A stretch of 64,000 bases of DNA from Bacteroidota bacterium (GTDB taxonomy: Bacteria; Bacteroidota; Ignavibacteria; OLB7), in NCBI GenBank assembly GCA_018266795.1, contig JAFDZV010000004.1, forward strand, positions 69,273 through 133,272, read 5' to 3'. A program made the position numbers and the translations under genes. The first letter of the stretch is position 1, and every line of letters starts with the position of its first letter. The notes below the pieces were generated by a model. The model did no database searches and was not told the DNA's origin. It saw only the letters and a list, made by a program, of their open reading frames with translations. Of the stretch, positions 28,717-37,294 are shown piece after piece.

Positions 28717-30723
28717 ATGACGATGGCATCACGATCAACCCAGACATCCCGCGAGATGCTTCTGCGCGCGCAGGAGATTCGCGAGCTGATCCGCGACGCA
28801 CGCGGAGGCTCGGTGCCGGACTATGTTGCCCGGGCTCTTCGCGATCGCTACATGGAACCGTACGAGGAGGATGCGGTGGAGATCGCCGAGCTGCTCGGCG
28901 ATCTGGTAGAGACGGCCCGCCTGCGGATCGAGGAGAACGGCATCGAGCCGCTGCACGATGAGCATGGCCGGCCGCCGAAACTTCCCAAGCGGGAACGTCA
29001 GAGCGTGGCGAACCTTGCCATGCTGATGGCCACGCGTTCGGCGGCGCTTCTCTTCGCGGAGCGCCGCGAGGAGGCGCTCGAGATTGCGCGGGAGGGGCTG
29101 GCATGGGGAAGAACGGCTCAGGATCACGAGCAACTGGCGCTTGGACTGATAGCCCTCTACGCCATCTACGAACGCCTTGGCAGATGGGGCGAGCAGCGTG
29201 AGGCTATCGTGCAGGCGTATGAGGAGGCGCGTGCCTGCAGGAATGTGAAGGTGCTCATCGATTCCCTATTGCCGTTGATCTCCTTCCTGATCGAGGCAAT
29301 GGAACTGGATGAAGCCGAGCGTCTGAACAACGAGGTGCAAACCATTCTGCGGGACGACCTCACCCTCGAGGATCGCCATTCCTATCATGCGGTCTCGTTG
29401 TCGCATGCGGCGCGGATCGCGCGTTATCGCGGCCGCGAGGCGGAAAGCATTTTGGGATTTCGTGAAGCGCTTCGCTGGGCCGATGCGGCACTGTATCCGC
29501 TGACGCGGTGCAGCATCCTTTCGCATCTCGGCTCCAGCTACATCATGCTCAATCAACACCGGCAGTGCATCGAATGCCAGCGCGAGCTCGTGGAGATTGC
29601 CGATGCGATCGGGATAGACAAGCTCAGGAGCCTGGCATACATGAACCTCGCCGAGACGCACCAGCGGCTGGAGGAATATGAGCAGGCGATGGAACTGCTC
29701 GATCATGCCGAACGGTACGGAGCGGGCGGGCCGTGGGAACAGATCTCGTGGATCATGCTGAGACGGGCCGAACTGCTGATTCCCCTCCAGCGTTCGGAGG
29801 AAGCAGCCGTTCTCTGCCGGCAGATCATCGAGAGCGCGAGGGAGGTACCACGGATACGACGGCTGTACATTGCATTGTGCATGCTCGGGCAGATCGAGGA
29901 GCAATGCCTGCGATACGAAAGCGCTCTGGAGTATTACCATCGGGCCGTTGGGGAGACCGAAAGCGACAGGTCAAAGTATTTCGTCGCGGCACAGCTCGGG
30001 ATTGCACGGATGTTCCATGCGTTGGAACAATACGACGAGGCTCTTGCGACGCTCGATTCGATCGTCTTTCGCGAGGCGACTCCCCCCGCACGAGAGATCC
30101 AGGCGCTGCGTCTGCGCGCCGCGATCGCGGAGGATCTTGGCGATCTGAGAACCGTGATCGACTGCGAACGCAGGGCGGCCTCCATCGAGCAGGAACTGCT
30201 GGCGCGCAAGTCCGAACAATCGTTGCGCAGTGCGCGCATCATGCTGGAGACCGACCTGTTGGAGCGGGAGGCGGAACTGGAACGGGAGCGGCGCCGGCGG
30301 CTGGAGCGGGAGCTTGCCAGTGCCGTGGTGGCGCTTGGCGACACCCGTCATGCGGTAGCGGCCGAGAAGCGTCTGCGTGATGCGATCGGACAGAGCACCG
30401 GTACTTCCGGGTATGCCATGACCGCCGCCGTACACGACGTCCTTCATGCGTTCAGTTCAGGGGCACACTCGCAGGAGACGGTGCACCACTACCTGTCGAA
30501 GGTGGAGAAGGATTTCCTGCTGCGTCTGCGACAGCGCTACCCGGGCATCACGCGCAGCCAGGAACGATTGTGCGGGTTGCTCCGCGCGGGTCTCGATTTC
30601 AAGGTGATAGGATCGCTGCTCGGCCTGCAGCCCGAGGGATTGAAGGCCCTGCGCAAGCGGCTGCGCAGACAGCTCGGCCTGGAACCGGAGACGGCGCTCG
30701 AGAAATTCCTGGCGGAATTCTGA
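28717..30723 (+). CDS. TPR-repeat transcriptional regulator with C-terminal LuxR-type HTH
   Basis: Start MTMASRSTQ; multiple TPR-like helical repeats. C-terminal LTRSQERLCGLLRAGLDFKVIGSLLGLQPEGLKALRKRLRRQLGL fits the LuxR/GerE HTH. Confidence 0.75.
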   Translation: MTMASRSTQTSREMLLRAQEIRELIRDARGGSVPDYVARALRDRYMEPYEEDAVEIAELLGDLVETARLRIEENGIEPLHDEHGRPPKLPKRERQSVANLAMLMATRSAALLFAERREEALEIAREGLAWGRTAQDHEQLALGLIALYAIYERLGRWGEQREAIVQAYEEARACRNVKVLIDSLLPLISFLIEAMELDEAERLNNEVQTILRDDLTLEDRHSYHAVSLSHAARIARYRGREAESILGFREALRWADAALYPLTRCSILSHLGSSYIMLNQHRQCIECQRELVEIADAIGIDKLRSLAYMNLAETHQRLEEYEQAMELLDHAERYGAGGPWEQISWIMLRRAELLIPLQRSEEAAVLCRQIIESAREVPRIRRLYIALCMLGQIEEQCLRYESALEYYHRAVGETESDRSKYFVAAQLGIARMFHALEQYDEALATLDSIVFREATPPAREIQALRLRAAIAEDLGDLRTVIDCERRAASIEQELLARKSEQSLRSARIMLETDLLEREAELERERRRRLERELASAVVALGDTRHAVAAEKRLRDAIGQSTGTSGYAMTAAVHDVLHAFSSGAHSQETVHHYLSKVEKDFLLRLRQRYPGITRSQERLCGLLRAGLDFKVIGSLLGLQPEGLKALRKRLRRQLGLEPETALEKFLAEF

Positions 30724-30827
30724 TTGAGATGTGGTTGAGCACCGGGCATGCCGCCCTGCCTGCTATCGTTGTCCGTAGTTGCCGGTGCAAGTTCGCCGGA
30801 AGCGAACGTTCAACTACGGGAGACATC

Positions 30828-31031
30828 ATGAACATTCTCTTCGGCACCATGGGAATCCGGGTACAGGTCCAAAACGAGACCTCCAATCGTCTCAACACGC
30901 CTTGCGGGGCGCCTGGCGCGGCCGGGTGTGCCTACCGGTCCACCAACGACAAGCAGCCGATCTCGTCGCAGCCCGATGGTGTGGACGTGCGCGTGATTCT
31001 CATACACCAATGGGCCAACACGCCCGGCTAG
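30828..31031 (+). CDS. small hypothetical protein (67 aa)
   Basis: GGGAGA RBS then ATG (MNILFGTMGIRVQ); no recognisable family. Confidence 0.3.
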   Translation: MNILFGTMGIRVQVQNETSNRLNTPCGAPGAAGCAYRSTNDKQPISSQPDGVDVRVILIHQWANTPG

Positions 31032-31075
31032 CGGTCGCAAGGTATGATCGCAACATCATCCGTGATATCATCTCC

Positions 31076-31528
31076 ATGGCCAATTGGTTCCGGACGTTGT
31101 TGAGCGGCGTTCTCCGGCATGAGAAGAGGGGCCTTGCAATCGAGAAGGATCGTCCGCTTGCAAGTCGCGTGCCTGAAGCCGTTGCGTTCCGTGTGCCATG
31201 GCATGCGTCGGAGCATTCGGCGCATGAGGAACTGCGGGGTGAATGCGGACCGCGGCATCTTCTCCATGGCCTAACCGCGCGCCAGGTTGCTGCCCGGCAG
31301 GATTGCGATGACTGCCTCTTCGAACTGTTCGGTGGTAATGCGCCCGCACCGTTTGCGGTGGTGCATCTCACGTGGGGCCGGCATCCGGATCGGCATCCGG
31401 CGTTTCCTGCAACAGTGCTCTTCGAGAGCTTCGAGGACTGGGTTGCCAACTGTATGATTCCCGATGCAACGGAGTGGGAGGATCGGGAGAATAGCTGCAT
31501 CGATGCTGTGGACGAACCGAATGAATGA
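31076..31528 (+). CDS. hypothetical protein (150 aa)
   Basis: Start MANWFRTLLSG; acidic C-terminus; overlaps the next gene start by a few nt. Confidence 0.4.
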   Translation: MANWFRTLLSGVLRHEKRGLAIEKDRPLASRVPEAVAFRVPWHASEHSAHEELRGECGPRHLLHGLTARQVAARQDCDDCLFELFGGNAPAPFAVVHLTWGRHPDRHPAFPATVLFESFEDWVANCMIPDATEWEDRENSCIDAVDEPNE

Positions 31529-31991
31529 TAGCGTGACACCCGTACCGGTGGTTGAAACGGCCATCGAGATCTCCGCGCCGGCGAGCGACGTCTGGCGTGC
31601 GCTCACGGAGCCGGACCGCACGGCGCTCTGGATGGGAGGGACGTGTCTGGAGTCCGCATGGGAACCGGGCAGTGCGATCACCTATACGGGCGTGTTGCAC
31701 GAGAAGATGAATCGTGATCGCGGCACCGTGCTGGCTGTTGATCGCGAGAGGCTTCTGACGTACAGCTACTGGACCGAGGTCTCGGAGCTTCCCGACCTGC
31801 CGGAACACCGAACCGTGATCACGCTTTGCCTGGAGCGCATCGGCGGCGGGACCCGTCTCTCCGTTCGCCACGAGGGGTTCCACGACGAGGTTGCCTACAA
31901 ACATGGCAGGTTCTTCTGGGGCGTGGCGCTTGCCGTCATGAAGAGGCTGCTGGAAGGGGAGCGAGGGGAGGGGGAGGCGACGTTGTTGTAG
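31521..31991 (+). CDS. SRPBCC-superfamily protein (AHSA1/activator of Hsp90 ATPase-like)
   Basis: Start MNDSVTPVPV; VVETAIEISAPASDVWRALTEPD...LTYSYW...TRLSVRHEGF pattern of the AHSA1/polyketide cyclase SRPBCC fold. Confidence 0.7.
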   Translation: MNDSVTPVPVVETAIEISAPASDVWRALTEPDRTALWMGGTCLESAWEPGSAITYTGVLHEKMNRDRGTVLAVDRERLLTYSYWTEVSELPDLPEHRTVITLCLERIGGGTRLSVRHEGFHDEVAYKHGRFFWGVALAVMKRLLEGERGEGEATLL

Positions 31992-32143
31992 TATTCACCT
32001 TCCGTTCGGCGAATCCATACGGGAGCGGATTGCCGCTCCACACGGGTGCGCGCTCGCATGACAGTACGGACCTCACCGGTCCTCGCGCAGCTCGAGGAAG
32101 GGAACCATCGGGTGCAGCTGTGCGCCCGACGGCGAGCCGGCGA

Positions 32144-32515
32144 TCATACATGCTGATCCAGCAGGATCGTGTTCCCATCCGGGTCAATGGCAATGAGACT
32201 GGCGGGGCCGGTCGTGTTCTCGTCCGCCTCGGTCATCAACTCCACTCCCCTTGCCTTCAACTGGCGCTGCAGCTCGCGCACGTCCGTGAACTCCGGGAGT
32301 TGCTGCGCGTTGCTGTCCCAGCCGGGATTGAAGGTTAGGATGTTCTTCTCGAACATGCCCTGGAACAGGCCGATCACATGATCGCCGTTCTTCATGATCA
32401 GCCAGTTCCGAGTGGGATCTCCCGCGAACGGCGTGAAGCCGAACTTCTCGTAGAACTCCCTCGAGGCCTCGAGGTTCTTCACTGCCAAGCTGATTGAAAA
32501 CGTTCCCAGCTGCAT
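32144..32515 (-). CDS. VOC (glyoxalase) family protein
   Basis: MQLGTFSISLAVKNLEASREFYEKFGF...IAIDPDGNTILL. Confidence 0.8.
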   Translation of the reverse strand: MQLGTFSISLAVKNLEASREFYEKFGFTPFAGDPTRNWLIMKNGDHVIGLFQGMFEKNILTFNPGWDSNAQQLPEFTDVRELQRQLKARGVELMTEADENTTGPASLIAIDPDGNTILLDQHV

Positions 32516-32818
32516 GTCGTACTCCTGTGGTTTGTTGCGAACGTGTTGAATGTCGAGAGCTGCGGGGAGGGGGCGCCTGCCGTTGTGCGGCGTCCACTAT
32601 TCGAACCGGCCTTCGTTGATCCCAACGGCGTGCGGGCACGGCAATGTATGGAACGCGAGCGGACGTGCGGACGCATGGTGATTCGATCCGGCTGCATCGG
32701 TCAGCATGTAACAACCTTCGGTGTGACGCATGCAAGAATCGCCCGGGCTCTACGCGGGATCCATGGATTCCCTCGAGACCCGGGCGATTGAATGTGCGGG
32801 GATGCGCGCTCGGTGCGC

Positions 32819-33115
32819 TCAGGCCAGAATAACGGCCTTCGGCAGGAATACCTCGTGGGCGGCGTGGAACGTGACGTTCGGCTCCACGTTGATGCCGAGC
32901 TTCGCCATTGCCGGCCCAAGCCGGTCGGCGCCGAACGCGGCAAATGCCGCCTCGCTTTCCCATGCATCCACGTTGTGGCAATCGGTTCCAACCCACCAGG
33001 TCAAGTGGGCCATGCCGCCATCGGGTGTGCGCTCCAGCCAGCCTGCTTCCGCCCTGATGCTGTCATACTCTGCCGGTGATACGCCGTTGAGAACAACGTG
33101 TGCTACAACTGCCAT
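32819..33115 (-). CDS. ABM (antibiotic biosynthesis monooxygenase)-like small protein
   Basis: GGAG RBS then ATG (MAVVAHVVLNG); AWESEAAFAAFGADRLGPAMAKLG is typical of the ferredoxin-like ABM fold. Start at index 200 of the 297-aa ORF. Confidence 0.55.
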   Translation of the reverse strand: MAVVAHVVLNGVSPAEYDSIRAEAGWLERTPDGGMAHLTWWVGTDCHNVDAWESEAAFAAFGADRLGPAMAKLGINVEPNVTFHAAHEVFLPKAVILA

Positions 33116-33397
33116 GGGATTGCTCCGTTCTGATGTGAATGATGGCTCACGGCACGACACCACTGCGTTGCATTGCCACGGGCACTGCCGATAGCGTGTT
33201 GCGGATGCCTTTGCCGCCATGAGCACGGGTACTGTGTATGTGCTGATACGGAAGGAACGGAAAGTTGGATGTTGCCGCGCCCGGTGGGACATGCCCACGC
33301 CGATTGTTGGTTGTAGAGCACGGGTGCCCGGGCTGGTTCGATACCGGAAAGGGGGCTGCGGCATGCCGGGAACACCTATAACCAGGAACATATCCGA

Positions 33398-34306
33398 ATG
33401 CGATACTCGATTCGCGTGTTGCCGCTGCTTGCCGCATCGTTGATGATTCAGCTGCTGGCGGTGCGATATGCTGCCGCGCAGACCAATCCTTCGTGGACGG
33501 CGCCCTGCAAGCCGTTCCGGATTGTCGGCAATCTCTACTACGTGGGGAGCATGGGGCTTGCGAACTATCTGATTGCCACGCCGAACGGCCACATCCTCAT
33601 CAACAGCGACCTCGATGCCAACGTGCCGCTGATCCAGGCGAGCATGAAGGAGCTCGGGTTCGACTTCAATGACGTGAAGATCCTCCTGATCAGCCACGCG
33701 CACTACGATCACTGCAGCGGCAGCGCATTGATCACCGAGCGCACCGGCGCGAAGTACATGGTGATGGATGCCGATGTGCCGGTGGTGACATCCGGCGGTG
33801 CAACGGATTTTCAGTACGGTGCGGAGACGGACTCCCGATACCGGCCGGTGCAGGTGGACCGGACATTACACGATGGTGACACCGTGCGGCTTGGCGATGC
33901 GGTGCTGGTTGCGCATCGCACGCCCGGGCACACGAAGGGGTGCACCACGTGGACGATGCGTGTGAACGAGAACGGCCGGCCGTACAATGTGGTGATCGTT
34001 GGCGGCTGCGGCGTGAACCCGGGGTACAGGCTCGTGGACAACAAGCTCTATCCGGAGATCGCGCGCGATTACGAACGCACGTTCCGTCTGCTGAAGCGGT
34101 TGCCGTGCGATTACTTCCTCGGCGCCCACGGCGTCTACTTCGACATGGAGGCCAAGATCGGGAGGGTGAAGCAGGGAGCCGCCTCCCCCTTTATCGATCC
34201 CAACGGCTATCGAAGCTTCGTGCTCGGGAAGGAGCGGGAGTTCCGTGCGGAGCTTGCCCGGCAGCTCGCGGAGAAGCGCCGGCGTCGGGTCTCGCGAAGA
34301 CGATAG
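33398..34306 (+). CDS. subclass B3-type metallo-beta-lactamase fold hydrolase (secreted)
   Basis: Signal peptide MRYSIRVLPLLAASLMIQLLAV...AAAQ. NLYYVG..., HAHYDH zinc motif, HRTPGHTKGCTTW and the later His (GAHGVYF) are typical of B3 MBLs. Confidence 0.8.
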   Translation: MRYSIRVLPLLAASLMIQLLAVRYAAAQTNPSWTAPCKPFRIVGNLYYVGSMGLANYLIATPNGHILINSDLDANVPLIQASMKELGFDFNDVKILLISHAHYDHCSGSALITERTGAKYMVMDADVPVVTSGGATDFQYGAETDSRYRPVQVDRTLHDGDTVRLGDAVLVAHRTPGHTKGCTTWTMRVNENGRPYNVVIVGGCGVNPGYRLVDNKLYPEIARDYERTFRLLKRLPCDYFLGAHGVYFDMEAKIGRVKQGAASPFIDPNGYRSFVLGKEREFRAELARQLAEKRRRRVSRRR

Positions 34307-34965
34307 ATGCAGGTGGTGCATATCACTCCCGGCCGTCGCGATGCTTCGTGCAGCGAAGCCGTGGCGACCTGTTCCGTACAGCACATCGGTCCGCCGAGCC
34401 GACCATGATTCCGGCCGGTACGGATTGCCATGTTGGCAGCAGCGGAGCGGATGCCTCCCGCTGATGAGATCCGGGAAGTCCGCCCCCAACTGTTCGTGCA
34501 TTTTCCCGATCGGCAGCAGTGCGCGATGGCATCGAGAAGCCGGCGGGAGCAGGTCGTTCTGCTCTCTCTGTAGCCGGCATCATCTCCCCACCATCATTCA
34601 GCTCCCCGCAGGGAGCGGCCTGTGCTTTCACGGGGTTTGTCGCGGAGAGAACTCTGCGACAACGAAGAGGCCGCTCCTGCCGGAGCTTGAAACAGAAGTT
34701 GAACGTCTGTTCTACAGACAGACCGTTGTTGCGGTGCATTGTGGTATCGACACGTCAAGCCCCATGCGTCGTTGCGTTCCGTCTGTAGCGCTTCGGCACG
34801 CAGCCACGTCGCGGAAAGTTCGCCACGCCCCCGCGCTATGCGTGGTCTCGCGAAGACGATTATTCCTCGCCGTCTACGTGCGGCAGTGGAAAGCCCCGGG
34901 CAACGGTGTACAACTCCCGGCCGTCGCGAGCAGGCTTCGTGCAGCGAAGCCGTGGCGGCCTGTGT
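34300..34965. repeat. dispersed structured repeat family A, copy 2 (inverted relative to copy 1)
   Basis: cagctccccgcagggagcggcctgtgctttcacgg... is the reverse complement of the copy 1 core. Internal duplication of ctcccggccgtcgcga...cttcgtgcagcgaagccgtggcg (34320-34375 and 34913-34970). Flanked by GTCTCGCGAAGACGAT at 34283 and 34847. Confidence 0.75.
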
Positions 34966-35080
34966 ACGACTGCAGTGGGAAACGGATGTGGCTGATTGCA
35001 CGGAGTGTGGGAACGTTCGCCGCGCCGTTCCCGCCGCCTCCGCCACTGACAAGTGACCACCAACCACTGACCGATTCCAC

Positions 35081-36016
35081 CTACACCACGTCCGCCGGCG
35101 CCTGGTTGCATGGGTGCGCGGCATCGCCGGATTCCAATTGGATCGTGGAGTGCTGGATGCCGAACCGGTGATGCAGCTCGTCGCATATCCGTGCGAGCAG
35201 CGCGTCATCCTGCACTCCTTCCGGCTTCACGAGGTGCGCCGTCAATGCAGTTTCGGTTGTGCTCATCCCCCAGATATGAAGATCGTGCACTTCCATGATT
35301 CCCGGGATGCCGGCCAGATAACGCTCCACCGCCTCCGCGTCGATTCCCTCCGGCACCGCATGGAGCGCGAGGTTTGCGGACTCCTTCAGAAGCCCCCACG
35401 TCCCGATGCCGATCACCGCAACGATCGCAAGGCTCACCACCGGATCGATCCAGAGCCAGCCGCTTGCGGAGATCAGGATGCCGGAGATCACAACGCCCAG
35501 CGAGACGGCCGCATCGGCGGCCATGTGCAGGTATGCGCCGCGGATATTCACGTCCCCCTTGTGTCCGCTTCTGAACAGGAGGGCGGTGAACGCATTGACG
35601 GCGATCCCCGCCGCGGCCACACCGACAACCGTTCCACCGTTCACCGCGTGCAGTTCGCCGAAGCGCCGTACCGCCTCCCATGCGATTGCGCCGATTGCAA
35701 TGTAGAGAAGCACGGAGTTGGAGAGCGCCGCTAGGATCGTGGAGCCGCGGAGTCCGTAGGTGTGCTGCGGCGTCGGAGCACGGCGTGCCAGCGTGCTGGC
35801 GAACCATGCAAGCGCCAGTCCCAGCACATCGCTCAGGTTGTGTCCGGCATCGGCGAGGAGTGCAAGCGAATGCGCGATGATGCCGTACGCCGCCTCCAGC
35901 GCAACGAACCCCAGGTTCAGCCCGATGCCGATCCTGAAGGCCCGGCCAAAGTCCGCGGGGCCATGACTGGCCGGGCCATGATGATGTGCGTGCGAATGAT
36001 TGTGTAAATCTGCCAT
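35081..36016 (-). CDS. cation diffusion facilitator (CDF) family heavy-metal efflux transporter, CzcD-like
   Basis: His-rich N-terminus (HNHSHAHHHGPASHG); TM motifs HSLALLADAGHNLSDV and DPVVSL; C-terminal cytoplasmic domain (HDLHIWGMS). Confidence 0.9.
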   Translation of the reverse strand: MADLHNHSHAHHHGPASHGPADFGRAFRIGIGLNLGFVALEAAYGIIAHSLALLADAGHNLSDVLGLALAWFASTLARRAPTPQHTYGLRGSTILAALSNSVLLYIAIGAIAWEAVRRFGELHAVNGGTVVGVAAAGIAVNAFTALLFRSGHKGDVNIRGAYLHMAADAAVSLGVVISGILISASGWLWIDPVVSLAIVAVIGIGTWGLLKESANLALHAVPEGIDAEAVERYLAGIPGIMEVHDLHIWGMSTTETALTAHLVKPEGVQDDALLARICDELHHRFGIQHSTIQLESGDAAHPCNQAPADVV

Positions 36017-36022
36017 GATCTC

Positions 36023-37294
36023 TCAGTCGTCATGTTCCTCGAGTGCTTCCTTCTGCCGGGCGGACTTCAGGTAGAACAATCCGCTCACGGCGATACGATC
36101 GCCTTCGGCCAGACCCGCGGTCACAATGGTCCGGTCACCGGCCGTGCTCCCGGTCTGCACCGGCACGCGCCGGAATGTGTTCGGCTCGTGCTCGCGGTAG
36201 ACATAGCAGCCGGATCCCTCCCGTTCGATCGCATCGCGGGGCGCTGCCAGTGCGTATCCGCTCACCGGACGTTCGAACTCCACCGTTACGAACAACTCCG
36301 GACGCAGATGCGTGTCGGGGTTGGCGACCTCCGTGCGTACGGTCACCGTTCGCGTTTCGGGATCCACCATGGGAGAAATGAATTCGATCCTCCCGGCATG
36401 CCGGTGATCCTCGCGATCGCGAACGAAGCCGGTTCCGCCCACCTGAAGCGTGGCGGCAACCTCCGGCGGAAGCTCCGCGTCGATCCAGACGCTGCCGGTG
36501 TTCACCACCTCGAAGGCATCCCTGCTCGGCTCCAGATATTCACCCAGCGCCACCCTGCGCCGTGCAACGATACCACTGATGGGTGAACGCAGGATGATGC
36601 GCGAACTGAACCCGGTCTCCTCCACATTCGCCGGGTTGATGCCGGCGGCACGAAGCTTCGCCTCCACGGCATGCAGTGCCGCCGCGGCCTGCAGACTGGC
36701 GGCGCGTGCCTCCTCCAGCGTTCGCTTCGCTCCGATTCCCTCCGCACCAAGCTTCTCCTGGCGTGCAAGCGCCTCCCGTGCCTGCTCGGCGTTGGCTCGC
36801 GCCTTCATCAGCTCACCTTTCAACTCTCCGATATCGAACGCCTCGATCTCCGCAAGTCCTTCTCCGCGTGCAACATGCGATCCCTCGGAGACGAGAAGCC
36901 GCGCAACGCGTCCCGGCACAATCGTTCCCACGTGCGCAACCCCGTTCTGCGTTGGAACCACGCGCCCCGGCGCGCTCACGACAGCGCTTACCGACTGCTT
37001 CGCGATCGGCTCCACGGTGATTCCCGCCTCCTTCATCATTGCCGGTGTCATGTGAATCTCCCCGGCATGCTCCTTCTCCTCCATCTGTTCGCTCTCCTTA
37101 CCGGCCGGCGCTTCGCGTGCTTTCGCGGCCGCAGGATCGTGCGGAGCATCGCTCCCGCCGCATGCGCACAACAGCGCGGCGCAGAGGAACGGCATAAGCA
37201 GCATGCTTCGTACGGCTCTTCCAAGGTCCGGGCGTGCGAGCGTTTTCCCGAACAGGATCGTCTCTATCTCGTGCTTCAGATCAGTGATGGTCAT
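36023..37294 (-). CDS. RND efflux periplasmic adaptor (membrane fusion protein, CzcB/CusB/HlyD family)
   Basis: Start MTITDLKHEIE overlaps the upstream stop (ATGA). Lipoprotein-like signal MLLMPFLCAALLCACGG; coiled-coil and beta-barrel adaptor motifs. The ORF track extends to 37639 in the same frame. Confidence 0.85.
   Translation of the reverse strand: MTITDLKHEIETILFGKTLARPDLGRAVRSMLLMPFLCAALLCACGGSDAPHDPAAAKAREAPAGKESEQMEEKEHAGEIHMTPAMMKEAGITVEPIAKQSVSAVVSAPGRVVPTQNGVAHVGTIVPGRVARLLVSEGSHVARGEGLAEIEAFDIGELKGELMKARANAEQAREALARQEKLGAEGIGAKRTLEEARAASLQAAAALHAVEAKLRAAGINPANVEETGFSSRIILRSPISGIVARRRVALGEYLEPSRDAFEVVNTGSVWIDAELPPEVAATLQVGGTGFVRDREDHRHAGRIEFISPMVDPETRTVTVRTEVANPDTHLRPELFVTVEFERPVSGYALAAPRDAIEREGSGCYVYREHEPNTFRRVPVQTGSTAGDRTIVTAGLAEGDRIAVSGLFYLKSARQKEALEEHDD

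Noticed and set aside
32520-32600. GGTTCGAATAG segment (minus strand) resembling a tRNA T-arm
   Set aside because: No compatible cloverleaf could be assembled by eye; lies in a promoter region between divergent genes.
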